A DNA stretch of 64,000 bases from positions 18,848,001 to 18,912,000 of the forward strand of contig OX638158.1 of assembly GCA_951804945.1 (NCBI GenBank). The letters run 5' to 3'. This document shows, piece by piece, positions 37,642 through 50,400 of this stretch; position 1 is the first letter of the stretch, and every line of letters begins with the position of its first letter. The stretch comes from Podarcis cretensis. Taxonomy: Eukaryota. The position numbers were made by a program, and so were the translations under genes. Below the pieces are notes generated by a model. That model was not told where the DNA came from. It saw only the letters and a program-made list of their open reading frames with translations, and searched no databases.

Positions 37642-37899
37642 CCGTATTTTTCGCTACATAAGACGCACCAGACCACAAGACGCACATAGTTTTTGGAGGA
37701 GGAAAACAAGGAAAAAAAATTCTGAATCTCAGAAGCCAGAACAGCAAGAGGGATTGCTGCGCAGTGAAAGCAGCAATCCTTCTTGCTGTTCTGGCTTCTG
37801 GGATAGCTGCGCAGCCTGCATTCGCTCCATAAGATGCACACACATTTCCCCTTACTTTTTAGGAGGGGAAAAGTGAGTCTTATAGAGCAAAAAATACGG
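37642..37899. mobile_element. Tc1/mariner-type MITE with CCGTATTTTT TIRs
   Basis: CCGTATTTTTCGCTACATAAGAC / GTCTTATAGAGCAAAAAATACGG; TA TSD; internal ~30-bp hairpin at 37730-37800. Confidence 0.85.
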
Positions 37900-38929
37900 T
37901 AATTCCTTGCCAGTGGTTCAGCAATGGGGAGGGGGCAGAGGAGGAGAGACCAATATTTCTTTGAGGCCTACAAGTTCTGGCAGAGTTCTCTGCTGTTAGC
38001 TTAACTATCATTCTAACAAGAATCCCATGACAGTGAAACAAGAGTAAGTTTTCCAATGCAAAAATGCTCAAAGACCAGGTGTTTACAGATAAACATGCAT
38101 ACAATTGAACTATGTGTTTCCACCTATTGTTTATGTAGGACTGTAGGCTGGCAAAAGCAAAATCATTTTAATTTTAACTTAAACATTTATTAGATCTTTT
38201 ATTTCAACTCTGCAACATCCAAGTTAACTAAGAGGTAGACATGGCAGGCTGGGCACCTTCAGAAACAAAGTACTCAAGACATCTCAGAATGCAGAGAAGG
38301 GGCTAGAACTCAGACTGAACAGCCTTGGATCCATAAACATGCAACAAGTAATAGCTGAGTTGCAATTTCTTAGTGGAATACTTTATGCCAACTGGCCAAT
38401 GTGGACTACTACTTTTTAAAGCAGGTGAGGATTTATTTCCAAAGGGAAATGTAAACACCTCTTTAAAAATGGAGGCAACACACAGACAGAAGTCCAGTGC
38501 ACTGTACACATTGGTAAGCAAGCTTTTTAAATAGTGCTTGGCAAGCTCATTTTGAGTGCTTTATGCAACTAAAGTCAACAACCCTTTCACCTAAAATTTG
38601 TCCCAAAGAGTCTTCAATACTGGTGGCAAACAGTTCTAGACACTCTTGTGTAATAACACTCCCTTCCCCTGGCTATGCATACACAAGTTACTGCTTAACA
38701 ATGAATAAGCAGAGCAAAGGGAGTGCAGGAGAGGCAGAAGGGGAAGATGTGAAGGTGAAAAAGCCGCCCAATCAAAAGCTGTGCCCAGCTCATACCAGCA
38801 TGGCACAATGTGTGTGTGTATACAGGAGAGAGGGGGTCCCTTCTTAACTTTGAAGCCACTTTTTATGGATTTTCTCTCCCACTGCTCCCAATGGGACTGA
38901 AATAATACATTAGAGTCAGGCCTCACTTA

Positions 38930-40125
38930 CCGTATTTTTCGCACCATAGGACGCAGTTTTTCCGTCTTAAAAACTAAGGGGAAAAGTCTGTGCGTCCTAT
39001 GGAGCGAATGCGGGGGGGGGGGGGGGAGGCAAGCAGGAAAAGCCCCCAAGAGCCACACACAAGCTTCGCGCAGCTCTTGCGGGCTTTTCCCCAGGAGGGA
39101 GAAGGGACTGACGCGGCCAGTCAGTCCCTTCTCCCTCCTCTAGAAAAGCCTTGCGCAATCTCTCCAGTCGCGGGAGGCTGTGCAAGGCTAAAGAGGAAGC
39201 CTGGGCAGCGAGCGGGATCCATCCCACTCGCTGCCCGGGCTTCCTCTTTAGCCGTGCGCGCCTCTCCAGCCGCGGGAGGCTGTGCAAGGCTAAAGAAGCC
39301 AACTTTTAAAAAATCTCTCTATCTCTACCTCTTTTTCTTTTTTCGTCCTTTCTCCACCCCCTTATTTTCCTCTGGATCAGTGTTTTTATCTAGATTAACG
39401 TTTTAGTTTGGAGGGGGGAATATTATAAAAAAGGAAACTGCAGCTTTTATTTTAGTATACAATAAAAACAGATTAAACAAAACACAAGAGAAGGAACTAG
39501 CATAGAAGAAGAAGAGAAAAGGGAAAGAGGGAGGATACAAAGCCATTTACCAGAGGTAGATCTTAACCCTTGCCTCACCTGGGAGCTTCTCTGGGCAGGA
39601 ATTCCCTCGGCTTAAGTGGGGTGAGGGAAGAGTGGCAGGTAGGGGGGTACCTACCTAGACAATGAAGCCACGTCTCTCCAATGAAAATTGGGTGTGGGCA
39701 TTGTGTGAAGTGGCTGTGGATCTCCTGCCGCAGAAGTGTAGGACTGTATAGAGTTGGGAGGGCCACCCGAGGGTCATCTAGCCCAGCCCCCTCACAGCGT
39801 AGGAATCACAGCTAAAGAACGCCAGGCAGATGGTCCCCCAACCGCTGCTTAAAAGCCTCCAGTGGTGGAGACCCCCAACAACTTCCGAGGTCACAGAATT
39901 GCAGGGTTGGAAGGGAACCCCAGGAGTCATCTAGTCCAGCCCCGGTGGACAGCGGGCACAATCCATCCCGTTGTGCAAGGCTAAAGATGCTGCTCAAGGC
40001 TAAAGAGGAAGCGCGCAGCCTGTCCATTGCTCTTTGGGGCTGGGGGGGGGGGGAATAAAATTTTCCCCCTCTAAAAACTAGGTGCGTCCTGTGGTCCAGT
40101 GCATCCAATAGAGTGAAAAATACGG
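38930..40125. mobile_element. Composite Tc1/mariner-type element with CCGTATTTTTC TIRs and an internal insert
   Basis: TIRs CCGTATTTTTCGCACCATAGGACGCA / TGCATCCAATAGAGTGAAAAATACGG; flanks TA / CA; termini related to the 37642 element. Confidence 0.75.
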
Positions 40126-43100
40126 CACTTTTCCTGTGTTCTGGGAGCTTGCTGGGAGACCTGGAGGGCTTTGTACCTAGCAAGCCCAAAGCCTCCCCTG
40201 CTCCACTCCCTGCAATGTGGTGACTTACCAGGGAAGATCACCTTCATCCCTCTGCATAGGTGGACTGGGAGATCTACTGCTGGTGAAGGGTGAGTAATAA
40301 TAAAAATAATAATTATACAGCCCTTGGGGTGCCTGCCCTCTATGTGAACAGGGATACAGGTATTAATAAAAATCCTTATATAATAATCCTTAGCAATATT
40401 TCACTTTCTCACTAAAAATACTTAATATTTATTCTCTTTTCACTTCCACACCTTTTCAGGTCAGCAGAATGTAGGTCATCTGATTTACTCAACAACTCTG
40501 TCATTTGAGTCAAACTGTTGACCAAGGAACACATGATGAAATCTCTCAGCTGTAAGTCTTAACAGTCTGAGCAGTGAATAAACATATGTAACACATATGG
40601 TGCAATCTTATAGTCTCTGAAAAATGCCAAAGGATGTTTTTGGAGCTCCCTCTCAGTGGTAAGAGAGGTCTGCCATTGGAAAAAGAGATCAGGCCATGCA
40701 AGCATCCTAGTTGAAAGGATCTGCAGCAGTGCTACTCTGGTATTAAACAGGGATGGAAAGAGATGTGTTAGCTAAACTGGATAAAGAAAAGGCCCCGTGC
40801 TTGTTAAGGAGCAGCCAAAGATGAGAGAATATATTCCTTCTAAGACAAATGAAAACCTGCCAGGAAGCAGGTGACTTCTAGTTCTCTTCGCCCCTAGGTG
40901 AAACTGGGAACATAAGATTAAGATCAAAGGTGGTTTGTTACCTATCAGCCGCATTAGACACTGAGTATTACATGGCAGGTAAGTGAAAACATGACACAAA
41001 AATAATTCACATGACTTGTGAATACAGGAAGCTACCTTATACAGAGTCAGATCATTGACCCACCTAGCTCAGTACTGTTCACACTGACTGGCAGTGGCTC
41101 TTCTGAGCTCCAGTCTTTATGGTAAAGAAAGTTCACAATATTGCTCAGTATATATATATTGGTCCTGATTTAACTACTCATCATAAACCAATTTTTTGCT
41201 GTTCCATTAATCCTGTTAAAATTTTGGCCCCCCTTGATATGCTGATATGATTTCCACTAAGAACAGAATACAGTCACTTAGCCTTATTAACAGAGTGGTT
41301 TGTAAACAACTTAGGATAGCTTTTTATGTTTTTACACGTGACAACTTCCTATGCAATCAAACTTGTGTACTGCTACTGTGGAGCTGTGCATCGCGTGATA
41401 GGAGAAATAATAAGTCTACTTACTCAAAAAGTGTAAGAAGAGGGGAGACATGAGTCACTCATACTTCCTGCCACTACTTTTGTGTTAAGATGCGAAGTTA
41501 CCCTTTATGCAGTTTCTTTATAAACAAGGAATATGTTTCTTGGTAACAATGCTATAAATAATTAATGCCCACTTTGGGAGAATCCAAAACCTACATGTGA
41601 ATGCAAGGACTGTTGAAGTCAGGGCCACATTTGGGCCTTTCTATGAGCCACTAAGATTTAATTCAACAAACGGCAGTGATGGATACAAGCCACCAAAAAG
41701 GTTAACTGTTTGTGACAAAAGCCACCAGAACAATGTTGCAAGCCACTGCAAGGACATTATTTAACTTCTGTTTTGTCAATCCTTTGAGTGACACTGTACT
41801 TTTCAGATACACTATGTTTCATATATGAGAATATAGAGGTTTTAAATATTGTTTTATTTTGTTTTGGTGAAGTTGGTTGTACACTGCTCTGAGTTTCTGA
41901 AAACGATTGTAGCCTTGGTCTCTGCTGTGCCAAACCGTCGTTATTTTTTTTGCCACTGCAGCCAAAAAGTTACTATTCTATAATCTGCTCAAGATTCCAT
42001 AACTAGGTAGATTAACCTCTTATTTATGATACACATACTTATTCATGTTAAGTTCAATTACACTTACTCCAAGGAGTGCATAGGCTTTGAACATTAGTTT
42101 TGCACATTCTCAAGAAAATATTGCAGAACCAATTTTACAAAAGGCCAGGTGTGTTAAGATTTCTGAGTAAAGCAGTATTTCCAAATATAAAATACATGCG
42201 AACAGTTGTCATTTACAAATACTTCAAAAATGTGTAAGCTGTACCTTCTCCCAACAGACACAAGTAAGTACAAAATTGTTGATACCAAGCCTTGTCCACA
42301 ATAATTACATTTTAAGCCTAGCACACTCTCCACCAGAGTAAAATAGTTCTCTGGTTGTACTTGTATTTTCTCACATCAGTATTTTATCAGTTTCTTTTTC
42401 TTGTCCAAGTTTACTCCTAGTGTACAGTACAAAATACCCAGACAACTGACATTCTCAATAGAAATGTTGAGATTCACAAGTAGCCCTCTGCATGTTTATT
42501 GAAATGGAAGTCCTCAAAACTACTTAACACTTCATTTCCTCAAATTCTGCTAACAGCTGTGAAGCAGTTTACAAAAACATGACCAGTGCTTTTCACCTCA
42601 AGTGTTGTCACCATTTGGGAAGCAGGAGCCATCTCCTAAAGTGATATTAACAATTAAGACTACCCAAATGTGTGTGGAAAACCAAGAGCAGGTCCATGTT
42701 TACTCAGAAGTAAGCCAGGCTGCCCAAGGGGCAGTGTGTTAAGTGTGTTTAGGATGATAACCTTGATTACTTTGAGGGTGGGTAGGAGAGTGGGAAGGGA
42801 GTTACTTGGTTTCTAAGTGCTTTCTTTTCCTCTTAAACTTCCAGAGATATCAACTAACAGGCCACAAAACCACACACCGTAATAAAATTCGTGAGCCCTT
42901 TAAAAAGGTGCCACAAAACTTCGCTGGTTTTGCGTCTTTAGGGCGGCAGAAAAGCCTTTTTAAAAAATACCACTGTTTGCTTGTTAATTAATAATTCCAT
43001 TACTTCAGTATACCCAAAGACTCAAACTATACAGGTGTATCAGCTACAGGATACAACACTGAAGGGAGTTGGTCATTTATTTAAAAAGTAAAACTCTTGG

Positions 43101-43420
43101 GCATTTCGCGAGAGGCCGAAAGGCGTTCGCAGCCACTTATCACAACAGCTCCCCGGGTGGGAGAAGAGGCGATAAGTGACTTGCCCAAGATCAGCAGCAG
43201 CGCCCAAGAGGAGGGGCTCAAGTGCGGGAAATCGAGGTCAACCGGCAGAGAGCGCCCCGCGAGCACCACGACCCCCGCGGCCTAAGGAGGCCCTGAGCGA
43301 GGAGGTCGGAGGTCGCACCCCTCTACCCCGCGGCCTAAGCCGGCCGAGGCCCCGCCGCCCGCTCCTGAGGGGGCGCCCCAGCCCCAACCCGGAGCCCCCG
43401 AGCCCCTCAGCCCGGCTTAC

Positions 43421-43580
43421 CGGACGCGCCTTCACTCCGCTGCCCAGCTGTGTCCGGCGCTGAGGGGGGTCGGAGGGAGGGAGTCCCCACGGTGCCGCCG
43501 GCGCCTCCGGGAATCCCGCCCCCTCCGCCTTCACTCGCCACCTCTTTCAGCTCTCCCGTCGCCTCCCCTTTGCCCCGGAG
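43421..43580 (-). other. ADIPOR2: ADIPOR2 non-coding exon 1 (5' boundary approximate)
   Basis: Donor CCG|GTAAGC at 43420 inside the CpG island, upstream of exon 2. ADIPOR2 has a non-coding first exon in mammals. Confidence 0.7.
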
Positions 43581-43709
43581 CGCGTCATCATCGCAAGAGG
43601 CTCGGCGAACCAATGGGCGGCGGAGCGTCGTAATCGGAGGACGCTCAGGCGTCAGCCACGCCGGGAGGACGTGCTCGGGGGAGGAGGGGCGGGGAAGCTC
43701 AGCCCAAGG

Positions 43710-43730
43710 GCACCCTGGGACGTGTAGTTT
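43710..43730 (-). promoter_or_regulatory. ZNF143/Staf(-THAP11) binding motif
   Basis: Minus strand AAACTACACGTCCCAGGGTGC matches the ACTACAnnTCCCAnnnTGC consensus. Confidence 0.75.
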
Positions 43731-46483
43731 TCCCGGAGGCGGGTGGCTTGAGCGCGTGACCCTGCCGAAACCTAAGGCGCTGCCTCCGCATTGGTAGGAA
43801 AGTAGGTCGCGGGTTCTTAAAGCGTCCCTTCGCGCCAGGCGTTAGTTCTGGTTCGGCCGCCGCCGCGCAAAGTGCGTAATGGGTGAGCGCTGCTTACGGA
43901 AGGAGCGGAGTCGCGCGGGGCCGTTGCTCAGGCGGCGGTTGTTTTTCAACGGCGCGCTCGCGCGGTTTGTTGATTTCAAAGTACGAGGAAGGCGGCGAGG
44001 TTCCAAAAGGAGGAGTGGGAAGGACCTCAGAGCAGCGACAGATGAAGGGGAAAGTGGCAAAACTGGTCCCTATTACTGTATAATATATCCTCCTTGATAA
44101 GAAAAGTGTGTATATCACTGTACAGTATATGTATATAGCTTGAGGCCAGCATTGTACATGGTTGCCAAAGCTTGTGTTTAATTTTATTACTTTCTTTCCC
44201 AAGTAAATGTTGTTTAGAGCAGCAGCAGGAGACTCCTACTTTTTCCTTGCAGTCGTGACAATGCTGGGGTTTAAGGAATATAAAAAGCAAAGGTAGCCCT
44301 ATTGGCGGCACCCTTCCAAATCAGCTGAGCGATGCTTTTGGGGGGAGTAGCCAAAATGTCACAAAAGTATCGCAACCTTCCGAGTCCTCCAGAACTTGTC
44401 ATCAGGCAAAGACACTTCTCTGCTTTGTGTAATAACTTTGCCCAGTGAAGGGTTCTGGAGGACTCAAAAGTTTGCCATACCGTCGTCAATATTTTTTGTT
44501 TTGTCCCAGTAAATAGTATTCCCCAACTGTGGGTGTTGCAATGATGTAAGTGAGATTAAGGTGCAAAACTGCCCAAGCTGTGAGCAACCTTGAGCCGTGT
44601 CAAGAGTAGATATGTGTAATGCTGCACTGGAAGGTTGTAATCCTTACCAGGCAGTAATTATGCTATCAGACAGGCAGTTCCAAGACCAAATGAGACCAAT
44701 TTCCACTGACTGCCACATCCAAATTTCAGCAACCTTGCTCTTCATCCACACACTACATATGGGGAATTACTTCACGAAATTTTAAAATATCTATATTTAG
44801 TATAGATACAGCTTGCATAAGACCTCATTTCAGTATTTTAAAGCTGCTGTGGGTTTTTTGGGTGACGGAATGTGTGTTTGTGATGTTAAATGTTATGGGA
44901 GCCTATTGCAAATTTTAAATACAGTATTTTCACATGCCTCTACCAAATTACTGGAGGAACATAGCTATATCACTCTTGCCCAAAACCTCAGTACAGTATA
45001 TTAAGAAAAGGGGAGGGGCGCGAAGTGATGGAAATTGATATCCCTCCCCCAACCCCTCCTCAAAAAGCATAAAACTCCATTTTGCCCATTGTAAAGCTTA
45101 ATAATGAAGGACTGGTAATTCTGCTTCTGTTCACTTTCACTAATTTTGTTTGTTTGTTTTTAAAGGTGTGCACATGGGTACAAAATACATTCCCAGACTG
45201 GAAGAAGGCAGTGAAAGATGGAGAAGGAGTAGCTATGGGGATGGGGTTGGGAAACCAACCCCATCAAGTTCAGTCCACTAATGTGGATGGCAAACAGCAG
45301 AATACCATGACTGAAAAAAGGAAATGCATTGAAGTTAACATGCAAATTATGCACACAAAACAATCAGATCTGAATGACCTGTCTGCAATATAAAGACCCC
45401 ATCTGGAAGTATCCTAAATCTCCCTACATTGAATGGTACTTCCTTATGAGACAACATGCTTAGAATTCTACAGCCATTGTCCTCATTCCTGCCAAGCCAT
45501 GCAAACCACAAAGATTTAGTAAACATGATTCATCATACCTCGTATAGTAACATAAAATTGGATTTAAATACTGTGCTCTTTTAAAACAAAAATGGTTTAT
45601 TGGCATTTCAGGAATGAATATGTCCTGTTTTTATAGAAAAACAACAACAGTGGGAGGGCAGTCTTGCCTTTGTGGCCTGATTGTGAGGTTCCAATGGCAA
45701 ACTGGGACTTTGAGAGGCAGCTGATACATCTGACCTCCAGCAAAGGGACTCTCTTAGGTACTTATTCAGAAACTGAAGACTTGCCTTCATGTGTGTGTGA
45801 TATTTATAGGATTTAAGACTTGAATTTAGATTGTAATGTGTTGGATTAAATAATGTAATAGGCCACAGCTCAGCAGTCAGCAGTGAAGCATCTGCTTTGC
45901 ATACAGAATCCAAGTAGGTCTGGAAAAGACCGCACTCTGAAACTCTAGAGAGCTGCTGCCATTTGCTGTAGACACTATTGCGCTATGTATGCAAATGGTC
46001 TGACTCAGGTAGGGCAGCTCCCTATGTTAAAATAGATCGCCCCAAAAGCCTTTCTGGTCTGTTCTGACAGTTCCAAAGCAGATGACTCTTGGTAAGCCTA
46101 CAAGCAAGAAATTAATGCACTAACCATCTCCCATGATCCCCAGCAGCTAGCACTGAGAGGCATACTGCATCAGATACTGGAAATATTACAGCATCATGGC
46201 TAGCGGCTAGTGGTTGCCCTTTCCTCTATTAATTTGTCTAATCCTCTTTTAAAGTCATCCAAATTAGTGGCTATCACTATATCTTGCAGTAGTGAATTCT
46301 ATAGTCCAACCATACATTGTGTTTAAGAGTAGTTCGTTTTTCCTGCTCTGTATCTCTCAACATACAGTTTCACTGATGACACTGTGTGGGGAATCAAATA
46401 ACAAAATAAATCTATGATCACACATTTTTATATCATTATCTTAAATATATAGGATATGAGTTTATTAAGTTTGAACAAATACT

Positions 46484-46656
46484 GTGTACACAGTTTATAC
46501 CACATTCAAAGTACATTCTTTCCCTCAAAGAATTCTGGGCACTGTAGTTTACCCCTCAGAGCTACAATTCCCTGCAACCATTAGCAAACTACAGTGCCCA
46601 TAATTTTTTGAAGGACAGAATGCTTTGAATGTGCTTTAAAGCTATAAGGTGTACAC
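46484..46656. mobile_element. Palindromic (foldback) MITE
   Basis: Arms GTGTACAC..CACATTCAAAG..GGGCACTGTAGTTT / AAACTACAGTGCCC..CTTTGAATGTG..GTGTACAC; partial copy ~55291-55355. Confidence 0.75.
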
Positions 46657-47199
46657 TTAAATTATAGTGTTAGTATTATTGTATTGCAATAAAGCTGGAG
46701 CTTCTACATCAGCAGTTTGGCAAACCAATCTTCCGCATGCTCAAGATCTTTAGGCGGAAGCAGAAAAAGGCCAAACAAAACAAACAAACCAAAATTGAAT
46801 AAAAATGAGCCAGAATTGACTGGGTTGCTCAAGCAAGCCAAGCAGTCAATGGGACAGCAATGCAGCTGAGTGTCACAAAAGAATGTAGCATCATCTGGAA
46901 CAGTCCAAGGTTTGGGAAAGCAAACTTCACAGGTAGTGCAATCCAGAGCAGATGTTTGTGATACCAAATTGATTTGAGACAGCCCTGAACATAGTTCTAT
47001 CCAGTATACATCATTCTCACAGCCAGGGGATGATAATAATGGCAAATGGAAGATGATTTACTAGCAAATAATTCCCTCAGCACTTTTCCAGTTTGAGCCT
47101 AGGCTATTTACTCAGAGGTACCTACCCCTGAAGCCCTATTTGTGTATTTACTGCACTTGCCTGTAAAGAAACATGCAAGGGAGAGCATTGGGAGAGTGA

Positions 47200-47456
47200 G
47201 CATGCTGCCAAGGCCCACCCCCTATGGTGGATCACCTTTATTCCATGTAGAGCCCTCCATGAGTTTGAGGGTGAAGATTTGCAGTGGGAACTCATGGAGA
47301 CCCCCTGTGTGATCTAGAACCTTGCATAATATGGGTTCTAAACATCGTGGAAGCCTCAAGTGCAGGAGACTTCCCCACTGCAGACCTTCACTCTCAAACC
47401 CATGGTGGGTTCCACATGGAATTACTTGCCAGAGGGCTCCAGCCTTGGCAGCATGC
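47200..47456. repeat. Degenerate inverted repeat (foldback element, ~90-bp arms)
   Basis: Left GCATGCTGCCAAGGC..CCATGAGTTTGAGGGTGAAGATTTGCAGTGGG pairs with right CCCACTGCAGACCTTCACTCTCAAACCCATGG..GCCTTGGCAGCATGC. Confidence 0.75.
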
Positions 47457-50400
47457 CCCTAGCAATCCCAAATAAGTCTGCATATAGTGTTGTGACATTT
47501 CACAACAGTGGAATAAACAGTTTAGAAATGCCTTGCCCCCAATTCAATATATAGAATGTGAGGTACAATAAGCAAAGATGGTCAGCCATTGTTGTATGAG
47601 CAGCAGAGATTGGTTTGGTGCAAAAGCTCAAAACTTCTTATTTAGTCATATGCAATCTGGGTATACTCCAGAGCACTATTTAAAATCTACAACTATCTAT
47701 CCAACCATTTGAGAAATTACCTGTTCCTCTTAGCTATATGGCCGCCTCTGGTTTCAAGCACCTTTCCCCCTTATTTGCAGTGCAGTAACAAATACCAGTC
47801 CCACCTCTCTTAAACCCTTCAAAACCTTTTCATTTACAAAGTCTTTTCTGATCAACCCACCTTGTACTACCTGTTAAAACTTTCAACACCCACCCCCATC
47901 ATTGGTAGTTCTTCATCAAAGCCTTCCCCCTCACATTTCACCTTTGTCCCATCCATGTGTACTTTTCGAGTGTAGGCCCTATGGATACAGATTGTGTCAA
48001 CACTATGTTCTTTACAGTGCCTCCTGGTCTTTTCTATCTTACTGCAATTTAGATAACATGTAACGTGTAATACAGTGTCTAGACTTTCAGGCTGGATATG
48101 GAAAATCTCTGTTCAGATCTTGCCTGCTACCAAGCTTACAGACTGTTGTTGGGCAAGTCACTGTGTTTAGTCTAGTTATTGTCAAGGAAAATGCCAGTCC
48201 TTTTTGGAGGAAAGATGGGTATCCATAACATTTTAAAGAATAATACAATTTGTAGCATAATATTGGAAACTCCTTTCATTTTCTCTGAGCATTTCTCACA
48301 CTTTCCATTAAGAAATACAAAAAACTGGGTTTATCAGGAGACACCTTGCTGTTTCCTTAGTGGTTGAAATGGGAATACAGTATGCTATCCCAAGGATAAC
48401 AATTCTCCAGATCATTCTCCTCTCCTGTGCTCCAAAATTTCCAGGGATTTTCTTTATATCCCAGAATGAGAGACGGGGGCATAATCGTCCAGCATATCTA
48501 AATATCACTTTCTACCAAAAATCTAGAAAGAGCCTAGACCTCAGAACAAATATACAGTGCCCTAGTTCACATGTAACACTGACAGATGACATGACTGGAT
48601 TCAGATGTAATGCTAAGCCAAGCATGTTTTGTTCAGGTAGAGCAGCAGGCAGGAATAAGAAAGGAGTAAAGCAGCAGAATTTTCACTGAAAGCATCTGCA
48701 CACCTGTATATTCATTCTTACCTATGGTTTGGCTTAGTGTTGTGTGTGAAACAAGCCAGTATGCAGTCATTGCACAATAAAAGGTTAGAGATATGAAGGA
48801 AGACAACACCTTTCAGGCAGCCAAAACACTGTTTTTCTTTTTTAGAAAAAAAGGATACTGTATTCCAAGCATCTGTAGCGCACAGATTTCATGGGATTTA
48901 GGGATCGTTCCAATTACTGGTTTGTTATTAAGGGAGCTAGATCAGGCCATTATCCTCTCAGTTTTTCCATGGGTGGAAAACAGCTTTCATCACTTTGAAT
49001 TATTGTACCTTTGGCTTTGGATTTTATATAAAAAGGAACATAAATCTGGGTCATTTGGTGTATTCCAAGAAATAGCTCTCTGGGATGCCAACAAATGTAT
49101 GGATTAATGATTTGTTTAAAACCCTAAAATATTTTTTTTAAAAACTGAACAGTATTTTTAAAGCAAGTTAATTTGCAAGCAGAATGCTCTTCCTCTTATA
49201 TATTCTGGACCCTTCAAATCTGTTGCCTATGAAATATATGCATTGCTGACAACTTTAGTAGCAGAAATGGTAAAAAAAAATGACTAAAAATGTTTGGAGA
49301 AAAACAGAGCTTGTAAAAATCCTGAGTTGTATTTTACAGAGCTCTAGTTTACAGGGCTCTTGCTTATTTCTATTGGCAATTTGTTTTTTAAAAATATAAA
49401 AGTTGTTGTTTTAAAAAGCAAGTATTGCAAATAATATTGTCAGTAATTGTTTCCAGTTTTTGGCTGGGCCTTCTGACTATTGCTCAAGTACAAATGACCC
49501 ATGTAGGTACTGAAAAAACAAACATTTTTCATCCATCGCTCACTGGCAAGGAAGTTAAGAAAACAACAATTGCTCATGACCCTGTATTCCACGGGTGGCT
49601 ATCAGGCGTAGGATGACTACATATACTTGATAATTAGTGCTTAATTGGGGGGGAAAGAACTCTAATTGAGCCTAAAGTCAGGCTCAGGAAGATTTCATGC
49701 ATGGCAAACGTTCCAATATAGAACACAGGAATCAGGCCTTCATTGAGCCCAGTTCTGTCCACTTTGGCTAGCAGCAGTTTTCAATGGTCAAAGGCAAAAA
49801 AAAAAAAAAATCAAATCACCTGCAACCTGACCTCCTCAAACTGGAGATACCAAAGACTGAACCTGAGACCTTCTGCATGCAGAGCAGATAAGAGTGATCC
49901 CTTTCCAAGGGAGCATAAGGAAATTGTATGGATCCAACATATGTTATTGCCTGTGACAAATGCAAATATGTATTTCATTGGATGTAAAATTTCTCTTTGC
50001 CCCTGTCCGCCTCAAGCTACTCATCCTGAAGCAAAGTTCTTAACCTGAGGTACTATTTCTGGGTTAGCGGAGTCTGTAACCTGAAGCGTCTGTAACCCGA
50101 GGTACCACTGTACTCACAAAGCCCAGCAGTGACTCATGGGGTGGAAGCAACAACATCCTCATGGCAGCCATGTAATGCTCCTTTGGACAAGGATGGGGCA
50201 GGATGAGGTGGTGGTGGCAAGGTTGGGGTTGGCACCCTCATGCCTGCAGGTCTGCCACTGCCTTGGAGCTCTCCTCAACCTAGTCCCCTCACCCTGCTCT
50301 ATTGCCATCTTGACAAACAGCATCGCTGATACCAAGAGGATACCACTCAAGCTGCCTGCAAGCTGCACATGTGGAGTGCATTTGTGATAGCTTCTATACA

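Larger units (their letters stand above)
43100..44040. promoter_or_regulatory. CpG island / ADIPOR2 promoter, probably bidirectional
   Basis: GC- and CpG-rich in an otherwise CpG-poor window. CCAAT at 43610 (+) and 43790 (-), GC box GGGGCGGGG ~43686, half-CRE sites, ZNF143 motif. Confidence 0.9.

Noticed and set aside
43081-43797. Pro/Arg/Gly-rich ORFs in the CpG island
   Set aside because: Expected from stop-codon depletion in GC-rich DNA; no recognisable homology.
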